Assembly (NCBI GenBank): GCA_040954595.2
Contig: CM082577.2
Coordinates: 16,871,903-16,935,902, forward strand
Direction of reading: 5' to 3'
Source of the DNA: Balanoglossus misakiensis
Lineage: Eukaryota; Animalia; Hemichordata
DNA: 64,000 bases
Made by a program: the position numbers and the translations under genes. The notes beneath the pieces are model-generated. The model had not been told where the DNA came from. It saw nothing but the letters and a program-made list of their open reading frames with translations, and searched no databases. Shown here piece after piece: positions 49,826-64,000 of this stretch (positions are counted from its first letter, which is position 1; every line of letters starts with the position of its first letter).

Positions 49826-52800
49826 CTAAAGAAGAGAAAGTCATGTGATGTTAAAGAACGCATCTCAATAATTTTGGTTGTTTACGCAGGGTTCTGTGCA
49901 GAGTGTAAAAAGTTAAGTTCTATTTCATGTGGTTTCAAACCTAAGTTGTCGCGAAGTTCTGTCAGGTCATTTTTGTACACACGATGTATTTATTAAATTT
50001 GGGACAGAAAATTTCGCGCATTTGCAATAATTATGGTTGCGATTACAAATCAAACTCTTTTGTATAGCCAATCCTGGGCTATTGAAGACATGTTTCACCA
50101 TGTTTAACTTTCTTTGTCTCAACCATTTGCGCGTTGACCCCCCCCCCATTTTCCCATTAAATTGATTTGATATATTAAAATAATGTCTAACAAGTTTTAA
50201 AAAAGTACAAAATCAGGAAGTGGTACAAGTTATATAAAAGTGGATTTTAAGCAATTTCTGTGTTTAATTTAAAATTGGAAATGATATGCGATTGTCATAC
50301 TGAACGAGATTAGGCCTAAAATTGTTAAAACTCAAACATTCATTGCCGGGTAAGTTAAGATTCTATAATGGTAAAAAAATATATGACGAAACTCCATAAC
50401 TACTTTATTATGAGCAGCTTTCCAAATAACAACGAAAACTTGCAAAGCTTAAACAGGTGCTCGGTTGAAGACCCATTTTATTCCACGTATTAAATGTTTA
50501 GGAGTCATAGTATATCGTCTGTATTAATTTCAACATGATCAGAAGATTTCGAGGTGCATTCTACCTTAAACAACCTTGATACTTTTGATGCGATTAGTAT
50601 TCACACTTGGATAGAAGCTACTTTCTTCATATAAATTAATCATTCTATCATATGATAATTATATACAATTCTGTTTTTTTTAATTGACTGGTTAAAATTG
50701 GTAAAGAAAAACTGTTAAAATAAAGTGCAAAAAGCTATATACACTCTTTGCACACTCCCTTGCTCGAAGGGCTGAGTAATTATAAACAGCTTCCCAACTT
50801 TTCGAAAAAGATCTTGTGTTGGATCAAAGTTCAATGAATCAAGGTTGCGCGGTCGTTCTCACGTGATGTCGATCTAGGTCAGTCACGTTGCTGTGTCACG
50901 GTCCCGGGGCTGTGTCCAATTGACGGTGTAATTGTGTGAGTCTTTTCAAGAGTGAAAATTTGATGAGGCATTGCTGCTGAACATTGGCAGAAACCCTGAC
51001 ATAGAGGCAAATTATTGTGAAACGTGACGTAGTTTGACAGTGTGTAACTCTAACAAATCACGATGGCCCTATATGTCCACCGGGGTCCGGCTAATCGTGG
51101 TTTGTTTTCGTACAAAGGATACAGACGTAAAAAGGTGACCTTACTGTCTTATTGCTGTGATAGTCCATGCCGACACCGCCTTGAAGGTAGAGCATTAACG
51201 CCAAAACGGACAGGACAGGATTTCTCATGGCGAAGTCTTCAGGAGTAAACTTAACTAAACCAGACCAGACTGAGAACAATGGTCTCACAACAAGTTTGCT
51301 TTAATAGGTTACCGAGTGTATTCAAAATAGTGATAAAATGCCTGGTTTGTCAGGGTGCCATCGTCACTTCAGGGTCACTCACCAGTTGAAACTGGGAGCC
51401 GTGATTTGTTTACAAACCCATAACACATGTAGCGGGCAGCTAACTTTTGTCAGGTTTACCCTGTCATTGCCTCAGTTGTACTATTAAATGTTATGTCTGT
51501 CCGCAAACTAAAATCGTTACATACAATATATATAATGGTGGGGTTTAGCGTCAGTATTGTCAATGTCGAATAAACAGGTTGGCCTTTCCACATGGTTGGA
51601 ATATCCCTAAACACAGGTCTTTTGTCGCTATTAAAGCCCCAATAGCTGCCACGTTTTGCATATTTTTAATCGATAACAAAGTTCAATCTTCTCCCTATCC
51701 CAAGTCGACACACGACAAAATTTTGAATGTGTGGAGATTCTGTCGCCAATGTGCGTATACCACAGTAGTTTTAAACTCCTGCAAAGAGCGGCTGAATAAT
51801 GGGGTGCGGCACACTTTTATTTTTTAACGTGTTCATTTTTTTACGTTTACAGCAACAGTCAGAGTCAGACCATATGTTTGAGTATACCCATAAGTTAGCC
51901 CATTTAAATTGACCATTAAAAGAGTGAAAATAAAATCATGAAAATAACACAAAGGGTGGTTGGTAGAATATAAAGGAAAGTTTCATGTGTGTAAGTGGCG
52001 CCATGCAGAGCAGTTGCCCAGCGTAAACTCTTCGTAGCTGTGTGATAAAATGCAACTGTTGTTATTTAGTGCCATTCAGCAGTCACCCTAATGTCTGTGA
52101 AAACAAATGACATTTAATAACGTCTTGAAAACGATAACAGTTTGTCGGTACAAGAGGAATTTATATTATTTCGCAAAGCATCTCATTCCCAACAGTAAAA
52201 TACAAACGTAGAAAGCAAATCTATATTTGTTGGCGTTAAGCTTGGAGTGACACAAGATTGTTATCAAGTTAAAGTTCATACTTAGGTTAAAGATCATGTG
52301 TATTAAGAATATGTATAATCATTCAATTGTTTAAAGAAATTGCGATTCAGTGGAGTAAATAATAAGATTGTGTTACATTAATCCGTCTAATGTTCAGAAC
52401 TTTTTAAAAAGCCTTTGAGGAGATGTCGCGTAATCGACGTGGTCTGCTACATTCCAATATTTTGCACAATTATGTGGACTAATATGATAAGCATTGATTT
52501 GCATTTGAAACTTTCACTTTTCTAAACCTCGTTGAGTTAAAAAAAAACACGTTTTGCCAACAATAGAATTTTCGATTTGGCCCCGAGAGTCTGAGTAGTG
52601 ACTGCTATACAGACTGGAATAAACGTGACAATATGGGTAACATTTATTGCAGAAACCAAAATACTCATCATAAGTGCCCAATTACATACCTTGTAGGTTA
52701 AACATAAGAAGGCGATTTATGTAAATATAAGCTATGTAGACCTAATAATGGTTCATTTTATTCAGTGCGGCGCCTTGCCTTCTTGAATATTTTACGCGAA

Positions 52801-54326
52801 ATAAAGTGCGAATTTTATATTCCATGAATACAGTGAAATGACTTTATCAACAACGTCTATGAAACTTGACCTTAAACACGCGGACCCCGTCTTCATTTGT
52901 GAAAAGGGGTCATCCGTTGTAATGTTCCGAAAATTGTGATGGTGACGTCGGTCGTTCGATGCAAGGAAGCAGCGGACATGACACCATTGTGAAAGTCTGT
53001 TTCCTGAGAACATTTTGATGATCACACTGAACGAGCCTTGAGCACATCTGTAAAACGAATTCTCTCGACTCTGAAAGGATGAATTATTCATGACGAAAAT
53101 TAGACATCCTTTGTGGTGAGGCTGTTGAAGCTCTGTATCAAAGCAACGCACGCGGTTGATGCGTGTTCGTGTGAGCAATCTATACTCGATTGTTAAAGAT
53201 GTGCTTAATTTTGCTACTTTCCAGTATTCACTCGAAAGATTGCAGAGGCTTTAGAAGCAGTCAACCGCTATATTTATATGAACTCACCTTCGATAACTGA
53301 TGGCGGATATAAGTCGATAAAGACCTAAGATAATATTTTTAATGACATCACCGATTTCTACAGGCAAGTATGAGCTATATGTCTCTGTTGTTGCGTTCGA
53401 TTATCACAATTCAGGACCGCAGGGAATGACATACAAATACGATCTAACACTTATACACACTGAAATTTGACTCAAACCGAAAGAAGCCACCTTGTGAGTT
53501 TTTCAGAAAAACGAGTCTTAATGAGGACTTCGCACAAACATGATCTGCCAATATTAAGTGTATATGCATACAGTGCGTGGAATCTGGTTTATGATTACTT
53601 TACGTGTACTGAGTACAATTTCCATCAGATAGGACTGCACACTTTCCTTGGAGACTAGCAGAGTGTCCATAATGGTGTTTCACACTCCACAAAAGCCGTC
53701 GGCAAAATCCAGAGATTAGACTAGAGATTGGGAAATGAAAGGGAAAGCCTGCATTACCACGTAGAATTCTCGCAGTCATTGATAGGCTGACTGTAGTCGA
53801 CCAAATCAGGTAGATATTGACAGATCTGCGTTCAATGACCTATCCACATCTTCCATGATGGTTACCCGCATAAATCTACAGTGTCGTCGAGCTGTGTTAC
53901 TGAAACACACATCGCGAGATCGTCGACGTATAGTCACGCGGGAAGATTAATCTTTTCGGCCAAGCGGAATTTGGAAGATAAAAACTCACGTCTTCACGTC
54001 CTACAAATCTTCTTAAAATCCTGAGTGAGGTCGGTCTTGCCTATGACTTTATCGGTGTTTGCGTTGTGTTGATCTACAGTATAAGAGGAATCCATCTGCT
54101 TTTGAAAAGAAGTCATAGGATAGGCCTAACAGACTGTTATTCGCGCGGATACATGTCCACAACCGATTGCAATATTGAAACTGTCGTTTATATATCTCCG
54201 TAGGTGAAACCATGGTGTCCACACAGAAGACTTTAAAGTTGCAGCGTTTTAAATTTGCAGCGTTTTAATTTAATGTAATTTAATACCAGTTCCCCCTTCC
54301 ATTGGAAAGAATCGACAACACCAGGC

Positions 54327-54794
54327 ATGGGAAAATTCCGCAATTGTCACGACAAAATTCATCGTTGCACGAGCGTTTGTTCGGGAACCTCGCGAGGCCA
54401 GCGGATGGTGTCGTACTGTTTGATTGTACTCGGTATCCTAGTAACTGGTCCTGGAATTCTTATGGCGTCTTCAGGTCACTCGGACAACTTGAACCCTGCC
54501 TACGTAGGTGTGGGTTTCTTATCTTTTGGAGCGTTGATGTTTCTTATCGGTCTGTCACTGTGCTGCGTGCATCGATGGAGACGGAGGAATGATCAGCAAA
54601 CAACCTCACAAATCCAACATGATATGTGCGTCATCACCGAAGACCCAGACGGATTTGAGGATTATGTTGAGAGGCGAGGGCTGCCGCACAGCGAATCCCT
54701 GCCGGCCGAGCCCACACCACCCAGCCAAGGGCAGGAGATCATACGGTGCTATGTCCTGCCAACAAGTGTAAGCTGGCCCGGCATGTCCAGGTAG
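54327..54794 (+). CDS. Small protein with two predicted TM helices and a Cys/Arg juxtamembrane patch
   Basis: 155-aa ORF in a GC-richer patch. Hydrophobic segments VSYCLIVLGILVTGPGILMAS and AYVGVGFLSFGALMFLIGLSLCCV, followed by HRWRRR. Confidence 0.55.
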   Translation: MGKFRNCHDKIHRCTSVCSGTSRGQRMVSYCLIVLGILVTGPGILMASSGHSDNLNPAYVGVGFLSFGALMFLIGLSLCCVHRWRRRNDQQTTSQIQHDMCVITEDPDGFEDYVERRGLPHSESLPAEPTPPSQGQEIIRCYVLPTSVSWPGMSR

Positions 54795-57700
54795 GGGGGC
54801 TTAATGTTGATATCTACCTACACCGATAAATAACAGTGGGTCTAGCAGGGCATGACTTAGGCACGGAATATCCGATGTCATGATACGACATCAAAATTTT
54901 CCAACAGGTCTCCAAAAACAGTCTAGTTCAATGTCAGCACTTAAACATCTACCTTCAGAAAGTGAATATAGTAAATTTAATCTTCTAAAAGTGCTTTAGG
55001 TTAGTTTAAAGGAAAGCACTCAGTAGGAATAATCCTAAGGACTGAGTTCAACATACAAAGTTGAACTGTTTTCCAATTCATTTCCGTATCTCCTACCATT
55101 AAAGTGCATATTTGTTGTTGGGTTCACACCAGACCCATTACGGCGGTGTAGCACCGGTGATGGGCCTGGGATGGAGTCAAAAAACCAATGTGGACACGCT
55201 AAGTCGGCCTAGGGGTGCCTTAGTTTGGGCCGACGCAAAGTTGCGTATGTGGATGCGTTACGTCGGCCCAGTTGATCTTTCAGGTTGAGTGCCACGCATT
55301 TTTTCTCCACCGCTGATGTACATGTACCCTCGGCTCATCCCACAAATAGTTAAGATGTCTCTCATGATTAAAATGGCGAATAGCTGTCACATTTCCCCGT
55401 CTTGTGCGTAACAAAACACTAGAAAATCACGAACAGTAGAAATAGCGAGCCCTTATTCAAATCCGACATTTGAACTTTGACAGGTTAAGTGCGGGCGCGA
55501 CCCATATATTTGTATTGACTTGCACATGAATATTATGTTTAGAAAATTAAATATATTACGTCGACGTGGAGCAATGGTTACTATGGAAACTTTGTAAACA
55601 GAACAGATAATAGTCATCTCCATACGTGTGGCATTTTAGCGCCTCGGCTAACAGCTTTCGAGTTACATGTATTATCTGACAAGGTGCGAAACAGTTCTGA
55701 CAACTGTAATCTGGAAATAACCTGCGCAGATGATGACCGTTTGTGCATAGCCGATCAATTGTCTATGGTCTGTGGTATACAGCCGATCCGATGCAGGCTA
55801 CAAATCCCGTGAAGTGTGTTACAAAATACACATTGACTTGCCTCCGGGTAACAGTAAGTTGTGTCTCCCTGCTTTTTTTCACTGCCCTTAATTCTTGGTC
55901 TCCGGTAATAGACCGTCTTGGGGAGAGTAACTGTAATATTCCCTCGCGTGGACAGCCGCATATATGCTGTTATCCTCGCGGCAAGTCATTATGTGAATAA
56001 TTTATAAACCCAGTATCCTTCATCCGTTTCTTGATCAGACAACTATATGTTAGTAGAATTTTGATACAGAATCAGTGATAAATAAAATATATACAAAATG
56101 TACAAGGCACTATAATGAAACTAGACGATAATCTATCTAAAAACTTTTAAATACAGGTTAAATGTGAAGGAGTTATTTAAATATCATCATGCAATCGCAT
56201 CTGCCAGCATTTAGCGAGTTAAAGAAAATACACAGAAACAAACTGACACCCAAGATGGGTTTCTACAATTGTACCGATTTAGTCATTTATCTGTATGGCC
56301 ATCAAAAAAATATCTGCCAGCGCTGCACGTTTTAAGCAATGAATTATTGTAGACGATACGGAAAGAAAATTACGCGGCGTTATTCGATATCAGACACAAT
56401 CCATTCGATTTAAGTATATATACCAATGCAGATTTCCTTACGAAAGCCATTGCATACAGCCACTTTAATGTTAACATCATTAAATTCGAATGCGGTCAGT
56501 GACATACGATATTGCTTTCTCTGCCAATTTCATTAATACAGCCTACTCCTGGTACAAACGTCTTCTATGCTGTATATTGACGTATATTGCAGCAGAGCAG
56601 ACGCCAGCCGGGAAAGTAAAATGGAACAAGTAAACAATGGGTTTACAGCTAAACTTGGTGATTTTACTGGTATTTCCCCGTGGTTGTCAATTATTCTTTA
56701 CTCAGCCTGGATTTCAAACCCGTACGCGTCAATTTTCAAACCAATACAATTCTGCGGAACGAGACAGTTGGGGAATAATGTCCCATAAATGCCATATGTC
56801 AATGTCACCCTGGAGGATTTGTTCAACCTTTGGGTTATATGATATTTTATCATTAAATCGAAAAGCGAGTAACATGTTTGATATAATATATGACATAATG
56901 TTTGAAAAACCAAGTTAAAATATTTCAAATGATAAGTGGCTAATTTTGAGATTTTTCAAATTAAACCAATTTTTAGTTATTGGGAATGATTAGGCGATAT
57001 CAAACGGAACGGGCGTTTTTCTACCTAGAAGTCTTCATTCCACAGAGAAAATATAATGATTTCAGAATATTTGGATCGTGTGCATCGTGAAATTATTACA
57101 AGGAAGGCATTTTGTTAACTTGATAGAAAATCGATATGTCAACGAATGTTGCCTTTTTCTATTCAAATTTTAGTCAGTTGTCAGTTGATTAGTCTTAGAA
57201 TTGACGAACTGTCTGGGTATTTTCAAAAGCGGAGGCAGGTGTTATGCCGCAAATCAATCGTCGTATCATTTATTTGCCTATTTCGTTAATCAGGCCGTCA
57301 TACCTGAAATACCTCGGAGAATAGCCCAGATTGAATAAGCAAACAATAGCCAATAACTATGATCTACTGTGCAGTTCCCAAATGAACGTGTTTCAGTTGT
57401 AAAATTATCTCTACTATAGGTGTTTACGTATGCTTGTCGCTGAGGGAGGAATTTTTGATATTTGAGAAATAGTTTATAAATTGCTGTCTGTAGTTATTTC
57501 AGAACTGTTTTATCAAACATCAATATACTTACCAATTTTATCTGAAGATGACAAGTTGGTTGTTCCTTGCGGAACATGGAATGACCGGTAGTTCACGTGA
57601 AATGTCCCTAACAAAATAAAACACTACAGCATGTGTGCTTTCACTTGGGGGATATCCACGGAATTCAAAATTCTTAGCCAGTAGAAGAAAAAAAAACTAA

Positions 57701-58596
57701 CCTTGTCATGCCACGAATTCTAATGAAATACGAAGGCATCATTTTAAAATTCAGGACGAGCTCAAATTGACACAACAGATGTTTCAGTGTATTAATTTAA
57801 CCATAGACTCATAACATCACATAATCACTTCATCATTTTATTAATACATTCTCATTTGAAATGCCGTCTCGTAAATTCTTCTGTTGATTAAGATAGATGC
57901 CTCTTTCAGTTGGGATAGCCATAATGACAACTTGTACAAGAAACTGTTGGTCAGTTTAGGCGTCTTAGTCACGTTTTTGTTGAACTTCTCCTTGTGCTTT
58001 ATGCTAATCTTTGAATCTTTACGTCATTATAGCTGTACAGTATGGAGTAAAACTGCGAAGGCTTGTGTTGAACAAATTTTCTACCATGGCCCGTTCTAAG
58101 CGTCGTTGTAACAGTTTCGAAACTTACAATTTTGACGCCTTAATTGGCTACAAAATAATTCTGTTATTCATTGATTATTTCATTGCCAAGGTGACCTTCA
58201 AAACCCTCATTGGTTATTCAAACCAATTCCGCCGGCCATATTTCTTACCTTAATAATTCCAATAATATCCTCAGTTTTTGAACCATTTTGTATTCATCTT
58301 TGCTCAAACGTGTAACTGAAACAATCCTGTCTCTACAAATGTATTTTGCAAATATGATACTATTGAAAACTCTTTTATATGATTTACTACACACTAAATA
58401 AGATAAGACTTGTTTCTTTATCATAATCTTAAAACTAATTATTTATTCCTATTTTTCCTAGAGACTGATATTTTGTTTGTGTCTACTTGATTGTATCATT
58501 TGAGGGAGATAATGCAAACTATAATGTTTTGTGAATCATATTATCCAAATAATATTTTAATACGGTCAAGCGATCTGATCAGCTGACGAGAGAGTG

Positions 58597-58681
58597 GGAG
58601 ACAGAGACAGAGAGAGACATAGAGAGACAGAGACAGACAGAGAGACAGAGACAGATAGACAGACAGACAGACAGACAGACG
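58597..58681. repeat. (AG)/(AGAC) compound microsatellite
   Basis: Read directly from the sequence. Confidence 0.9.
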
Positions 58682-60784
58682 ACCACAGCCATGATGGTTA
58701 ACATTATTTTTAACTACAGTTGTCTAAACTACACCCTATACTCTCTGACGATCCTAACGTAAGCCTTTTACATTTGCAACATATTTTCGTTTATTTTGGA
58801 AGTTAATTTGCTAGCTACATGTCCGAGTTCTGTAATCTTGAAATGGTAGCGCATTGGCTGTTCCGTGTTTTTTCAAAGTAAGCATATATAAAAAGCTCGT
58901 AATGATTAGATGCCAAGTCTTTTGGTAGATGACATTTAAGTCCTTACAGTGGAATTCAAAGCATCAACTGAAGTAAAATGGGTTTATGTATTTAAAAAGT
59001 GTGCGTAGCTGGTTCTATAAATTCAAAAATATTAAGAGAACTGTTTTATTTCTAGTGTTAGCAAATATCGATCCAGTCACAAATGATAAAATTCGTGTAC
59101 CTTTGTTCAGAAAGCTTTTGGCTTTGGAAAGAAAATTATCGGTATTGAAGATGATAATTAAAATATAAATTTTGTGTTGATATTTAAATGTGAAAATATT
59201 CCCAATCAAGTTTAAAAGTTTGCATGCAATAACCATTATTACATCACAATTGTCCCTCCGTTCATAGTCATAAAACAAGGATTTTTGTTTTCGATCAAAT
59301 TCGCACCGACAATTAGAGAGAGAGCGCTGTTTCCATAGCACATTATTCATTCTGGCCTAACGACTAACTGGAGTTTGTACGCAGCGGAAAATGCGCACCG
59401 TGTTATTGGAAGGCACGCAAAACAGCTGCCACATTTTTGACATCTCAGAAATATGTATGGGACATTTAAATCATATTTCACCTGATAGACAGACATAGAT
59501 CGCACGCCCTGAAACAAAGTTTCAGTTAGAAAATGGCAATATGGAGAAAGATACAGATCAGATGAAGGCTAAATGAAAGACAGAAGGAGACACACACACA
59601 CACTTATCCGCATGCACAGTATACACACACTGTTAAGTTTGATCAGATGCGTGACGTGACGGATTCTTGTACGATGTAAAGATTGTACATGCAGCTACCA
59701 ACTAGATCAAACCCAACATTCCGTTTAACCCAACCTATACCACAGCCACTTATGCTCTACTAATAGGTTTAAAATTTTAATTACTCGTTAAAAATCATAT
59801 TTGTAGCAACATGGGTGATTAACTGTAGTTTTATATAAATGTAAGTTTGAAAGTTAGTGTGCTCGATTTTCTTTATAGCATACACAATCGACTGTTGTCA
59901 TTCAGTGCCGAAAGAATACGTTAAGGCGGAGTTACCTTTTTCGCAATAAGCTGTAAATTCGGTCTCAGATTTAATGAAATCATGGGGCCTATTAGATGGA
60001 TAGGAAATTGCATTGCGCAATTAAATTTGCATTGAGCTGTCATCCATACACGCTTGGTTACACGCCTGGTTACAAGTATAATACAAATGCCACAGCACAA
60101 AGCAGGAAACTATATGAAGCAAATTCAGTGCGTGAGCCGAATAAACGAATTTGTGACTCTTATGTTGAGTTTTCACGATAACTGAAGCCTCGAATGCGAT
60201 GCATGTGTCGATAACATAACATATATGATATGCGAGTTGGTTTACTTTCATGTTTCGTATTGGTGTTCGGTCTGTGCATGCTGTAAGATGGTGTTGCTAC
60301 TCAGCCAAAGGTATTTTATATAACAGCTTCCCTTATCACCAGGTTACTAGATCTGATCTCTTGTTATCAACCGATTGATCGACCGACTAATTTCAGTCGG
60401 TGTGTTTCGAGAACACTCATCTCATTATGCCTTACATCAATACTGATGATACTCGGTCTTATCTTGAACATTTTGCATGAACACTTCAAAAGATTAGCCA
60501 CGATGGAAGGAAATGTAGATCTTGTAAATGCAACATTTGATGCGTAAAACACATTGATACATAAACGTGAGCGTTGCAGGTCCAGACTTTGTCGTATATT
60601 TATCACGGTGTTTTAGCTCCGCTGTCAGCGGCGCAGGGTTTGTCGTATTATCTGAACTTGGAATGGAACACCCATGCAAACCTGACAAGCTATTTAATAT
60701 CGTTATACATGTATGTGTATTCGAATACTGTTTGCGTAGAAGCGGGGATGTCATTCATTCAATTGACAGAGGCATACAGACTAT

Positions 60785-61098
60785 TATATTATACCAGTAT
60801 ATTGATGGTGTAAATCACGCTATTTGATTGGTCGAGACACGACACGTGACCGTGATATATTAGCCATATACCACAGTCATATATCATAGTCAAAGAAAAT
60901 GCCTTTTTAAAATGTTTTATGCAAAGTTTCAATAAACTGGCATAATATAATAGCAATAAAACACCCCCAGCCATGGTATACCACTCGATTTTGACCAGTT
61001 CAACTCCATATACGCACTCGCTAACGCTCGTGCGTATATGTCGTGAACTGGTCAAAATCTCGTGGTATACCATGGCTGGAGGTGTTTTATTGCTTAAA
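60785..61098 (+). mobile_element. Short hairpin-ended element
   Basis: TGATTGG motif near 60826 and a ~145-bp hairpin AGCAATAAAACACC...GGTGTTTTATTGCT at 60951-61094. Confidence 0.75.
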
Positions 61099-61687
61099 TA
61101 AATAATAGCATTCGCAGATATGATTATAAAAAATAACTCTCCTGATATACACCCTGTAATTTAATTTCAAGAAGTGAAACTTACTTCCCCCAAATGTTGT
61201 ATTCTCTGAATGCCCATATTATTCAAGAATGGAACCACAGCTAATTGAATTGTTATTTATTTATTTTCAGAACGTCTTCTGGACCAGTCGTGTACTATGT
61301 TGGACGAGCAGTAGCACAGTCTTCGTTCAACAGCGTTTCATGAAGCAACCGTCCTCATGACATCACATGGAGAAGTTGGCCTGTCTATTACATATTAAAA
61401 TGTGAACACCGTATAAACGCGGGCGCACATCATGTACACACATCCATGTTAATGGAAAGTAGAAAATCGCCTATAGGAAAAAGTCAACACACGCCGAGTT
61501 TAGCAATTTCTTGATGCAAGACGAGCAGTAGTGTGGTTTTCTTGTGATTGTACATCTTTGTGAACGTGCCATATTACTTGTAGTCAAAACTTTAGGACAT
61601 TGAAGGTCGTGCATTTCATTATTGAGAACGGCGATGCCAATTACCCATAGTGTTTAGCACAAGTCGATCTTAGAGGATAATTAGCAT

Positions 61688-62257
61688 TATATTATATCAT
61701 GCTACCGTCCGCGATTCTGATTGGACGAGAGCGATGGTAAAATACTGTTTTACCACTGCTGGCAGTGGTAAAACGGGCCCCTGAACTAGCATGCAGCAGG
61801 GAAATGTGCAGTCAAACCACAGTCGCGTGGGGTTAAACTAAACAAATAAATAAACATGGTGTTGAATTGACGGACGATTTGTTCTAGAACTTCTCTGTTG
61901 GGAATATTTGGTATTTTGTTTTGCCCGATGCCTGTCTTGTCACTTTTTGTCGCCTGCTTCATGTTTAATGCTCGGTCCCGGGCGCTCGTGTTTACAATTA
62001 TCGTCACCATGTTGATTCGCGATCGTAACTTCTTTTTCTAAAAAAAAATTCGTTAAAAAAATAAGAAAATGACACCGATATGCCACAAAATCAATTGTTG
62101 GAATAATATAATAGCAATAACCCCTGTCTCAGTCTGGTATACACTCGATTTGGGTACAATTCGCTCCATATAGCACTCGCCTAACGGCTCGTGCTACATG
62201 TCTCGAATTGTACCAATATCTCGTGTATACCCGCCTGCGGCGGGGGTTATTGCTTAA
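61688..62257 (+). mobile_element. Hairpin-ended non-autonomous element, homologous to 34774-35302
   Basis: TCTGATTGGACGAG near the 5' end and a terminal hairpin at about 62113-62254 with loop CACTCGCCTAACGGCTCGTG. Confidence 0.8.
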
Positions 62258-63253
62258 ATATATAATGCTGTAAAACTGTGAAAGGTTGACAGACAAACCG
62301 ATAGATAACACACAAAAGAAAACAAAAGAATTGTTACACTAAATTTCTTCTTTTTGAAGCTTTCTACGTAATAATATTTTTGTACATTACTTAATGCACA
62401 AAACTATGACCATTTGCACCAAACATCGGGCGGACTAATGTTATCCCTTTCCGTGTGTCATGAGCAAATATACATGTGCGCATGACGTCATACTGTTACA
62501 TGTATGCTGAAGACAGTACAGCTACGTATTACCGATACTTCAACAACTTTTTATGAATCTGGAAAGAAGATGACTATCTCCATAATTTAATTTTCACTTT
62601 TATAGCGAATCGTTGCAAGTGCTATATGAGTGAGATTATTTTAATTAAGTATTATCACTTGAATGTTTCACTTGATATACTATTTACCTGAAAAGTGTCA
62701 TACTATTGGTATGTTGCTTTTCCACGGGAAGGTCAATATCTGGTTAGATTTTGATGGGCATAACACGCAAAATATGACGCAAAATCAATTTGTATAATTA
62801 AAAACTTTGGGTCTAAAAATTGTCATTTTCAAAATGTCATGATCATTAGGTATTTCCTGGACAACAAAATTATCTTAAAGTGTGAATATATCAGCGATTG
62901 CTTGATAACAGTCAGGCGAGTTGTTCATTTCTATAACCATCGGTAATCAGTCCATCTTTATTCATTGGTTGCAGCCTGGGTTTAATATAATGTATTGTAG
63001 TCTGGGGGTGGCGGGCCGGCAACAGGATTGGTACTGCAAAGCAACGAAGGAACAAGACACTATAAGTGAGTGTTTAGAAAACTTGCTCCCAGTCAAAAAT
63101 ATTACGGGTGCCATTCACCGATGTTATAAGATGTAATGGACAAATAAGCAGCTTTGTCAATAATTATTTTAATGTGTACATTTCAATATTATTGGTGACA
63201 TTTCAATTTTTGTCCAGGCAAAATTTCAATAGTCATCAACAACGACAACATTG

Positions 63254-63254
<1 letters not shown>

Positions 63255-63300
<46 letters not shown>
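63255..63300. repeat. (ATC)15 microsatellite
   Basis: Read directly from the sequence. Confidence 0.97.
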
Positions 63301-64000
63301 CCACCACTACCACTGTCACTGTATTGGTATTGTTGTTCTGTTCTTAGACTATTGCATAATCTGTGAAAACAAACATCGCCAACGATAGCAATAAGGCGTA
63401 GTCTTGGTTGGCTAATCTTTATTTTCCTTATTGGCAGTGATGATCGTAAGGAATAAGATGATAACATTTACCGCAGTCGGTGTAAAAATGGGACTATTCT
63501 GTAAGATGGGGCGCATTCGTGATGTGATAGTGAAATGACTTGAAAGCAAATATCTTCTTGGTATTACACTTTCAATTGAAAAGTGGACCATCAGTGTTAT
63601 TTCACGAGTACATAACACATGCATACTGATGAACCGAACATTCTGCTTTCAATGCCGCCAGATTAAAAAAATAAAGATAAGCATATGCCCTTGTTGTCAT
63701 TCAATCTACCTTACAGTACACAAAATTGCAGTCAAATTATAAACGTATGATGTTCAGATCTTTACAAATCTGTCCGGGGGCAGTGTACGTAAAATTATAA
63801 TCCTGTTATTTTAAAGAGTCATTAACTCTAACTACTCAAAATTGTATGACGTGGTTGGTCTCTTTGTTGTGCTGGATTTAGTGTACATACCTTTCGTTGT
63901 AACCAATATATCCAGGGGGTGGTGCACTTTGCTGTCCTGGCGTTGCACCTGGATAACTTTGCTGCTGAGCGACCACCTGCTGTTGTTGATCGTAAGGGTG

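Noticed and set aside
63189-63467. ORF with a poly-Asp tract
   Set aside because: Explained by the (ATC)n microsatellite.

Overview
This is eukaryotic DNA, AT-rich and intron-containing. Gene and repeat content suggest a marine invertebrate, possibly a deuterostome (inference). The main object is a complete but mutated 10.2-kb Ty3/Gypsy LTR retrotransposon (611-10834, minus strand). It has 192-bp LTRs, a GTAC target-site duplication, a tRNA-Ser-like PBS, a PPT and a -1 frameshift signal. It also carries three unusual additions: a ComEA-type helix-hairpin-helix at the Gag N-terminus, a PHD finger at the integrase C-terminus, and a third ORF in the env position encoding a C2H2 finger plus a TatD-family nuclease with all metal ligands. 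The rest of the window holds a decayed Tx1/L1 LINE, several TTAA- and TWA-flanked MITEs, and a decayed transposase whose motif order matches the RAG1/Transib core. There is also a recurring set of hairpin-ended elements that share a CTCG bubble. Host genes of innate-immune type are an SRCR-WSC-CUB-4xSushi receptor, an LRR-Ig receptor and an EPN C-type lectin, plus a small two-TM ORF. All domain calls were made by eye from motifs; no database searches were run.
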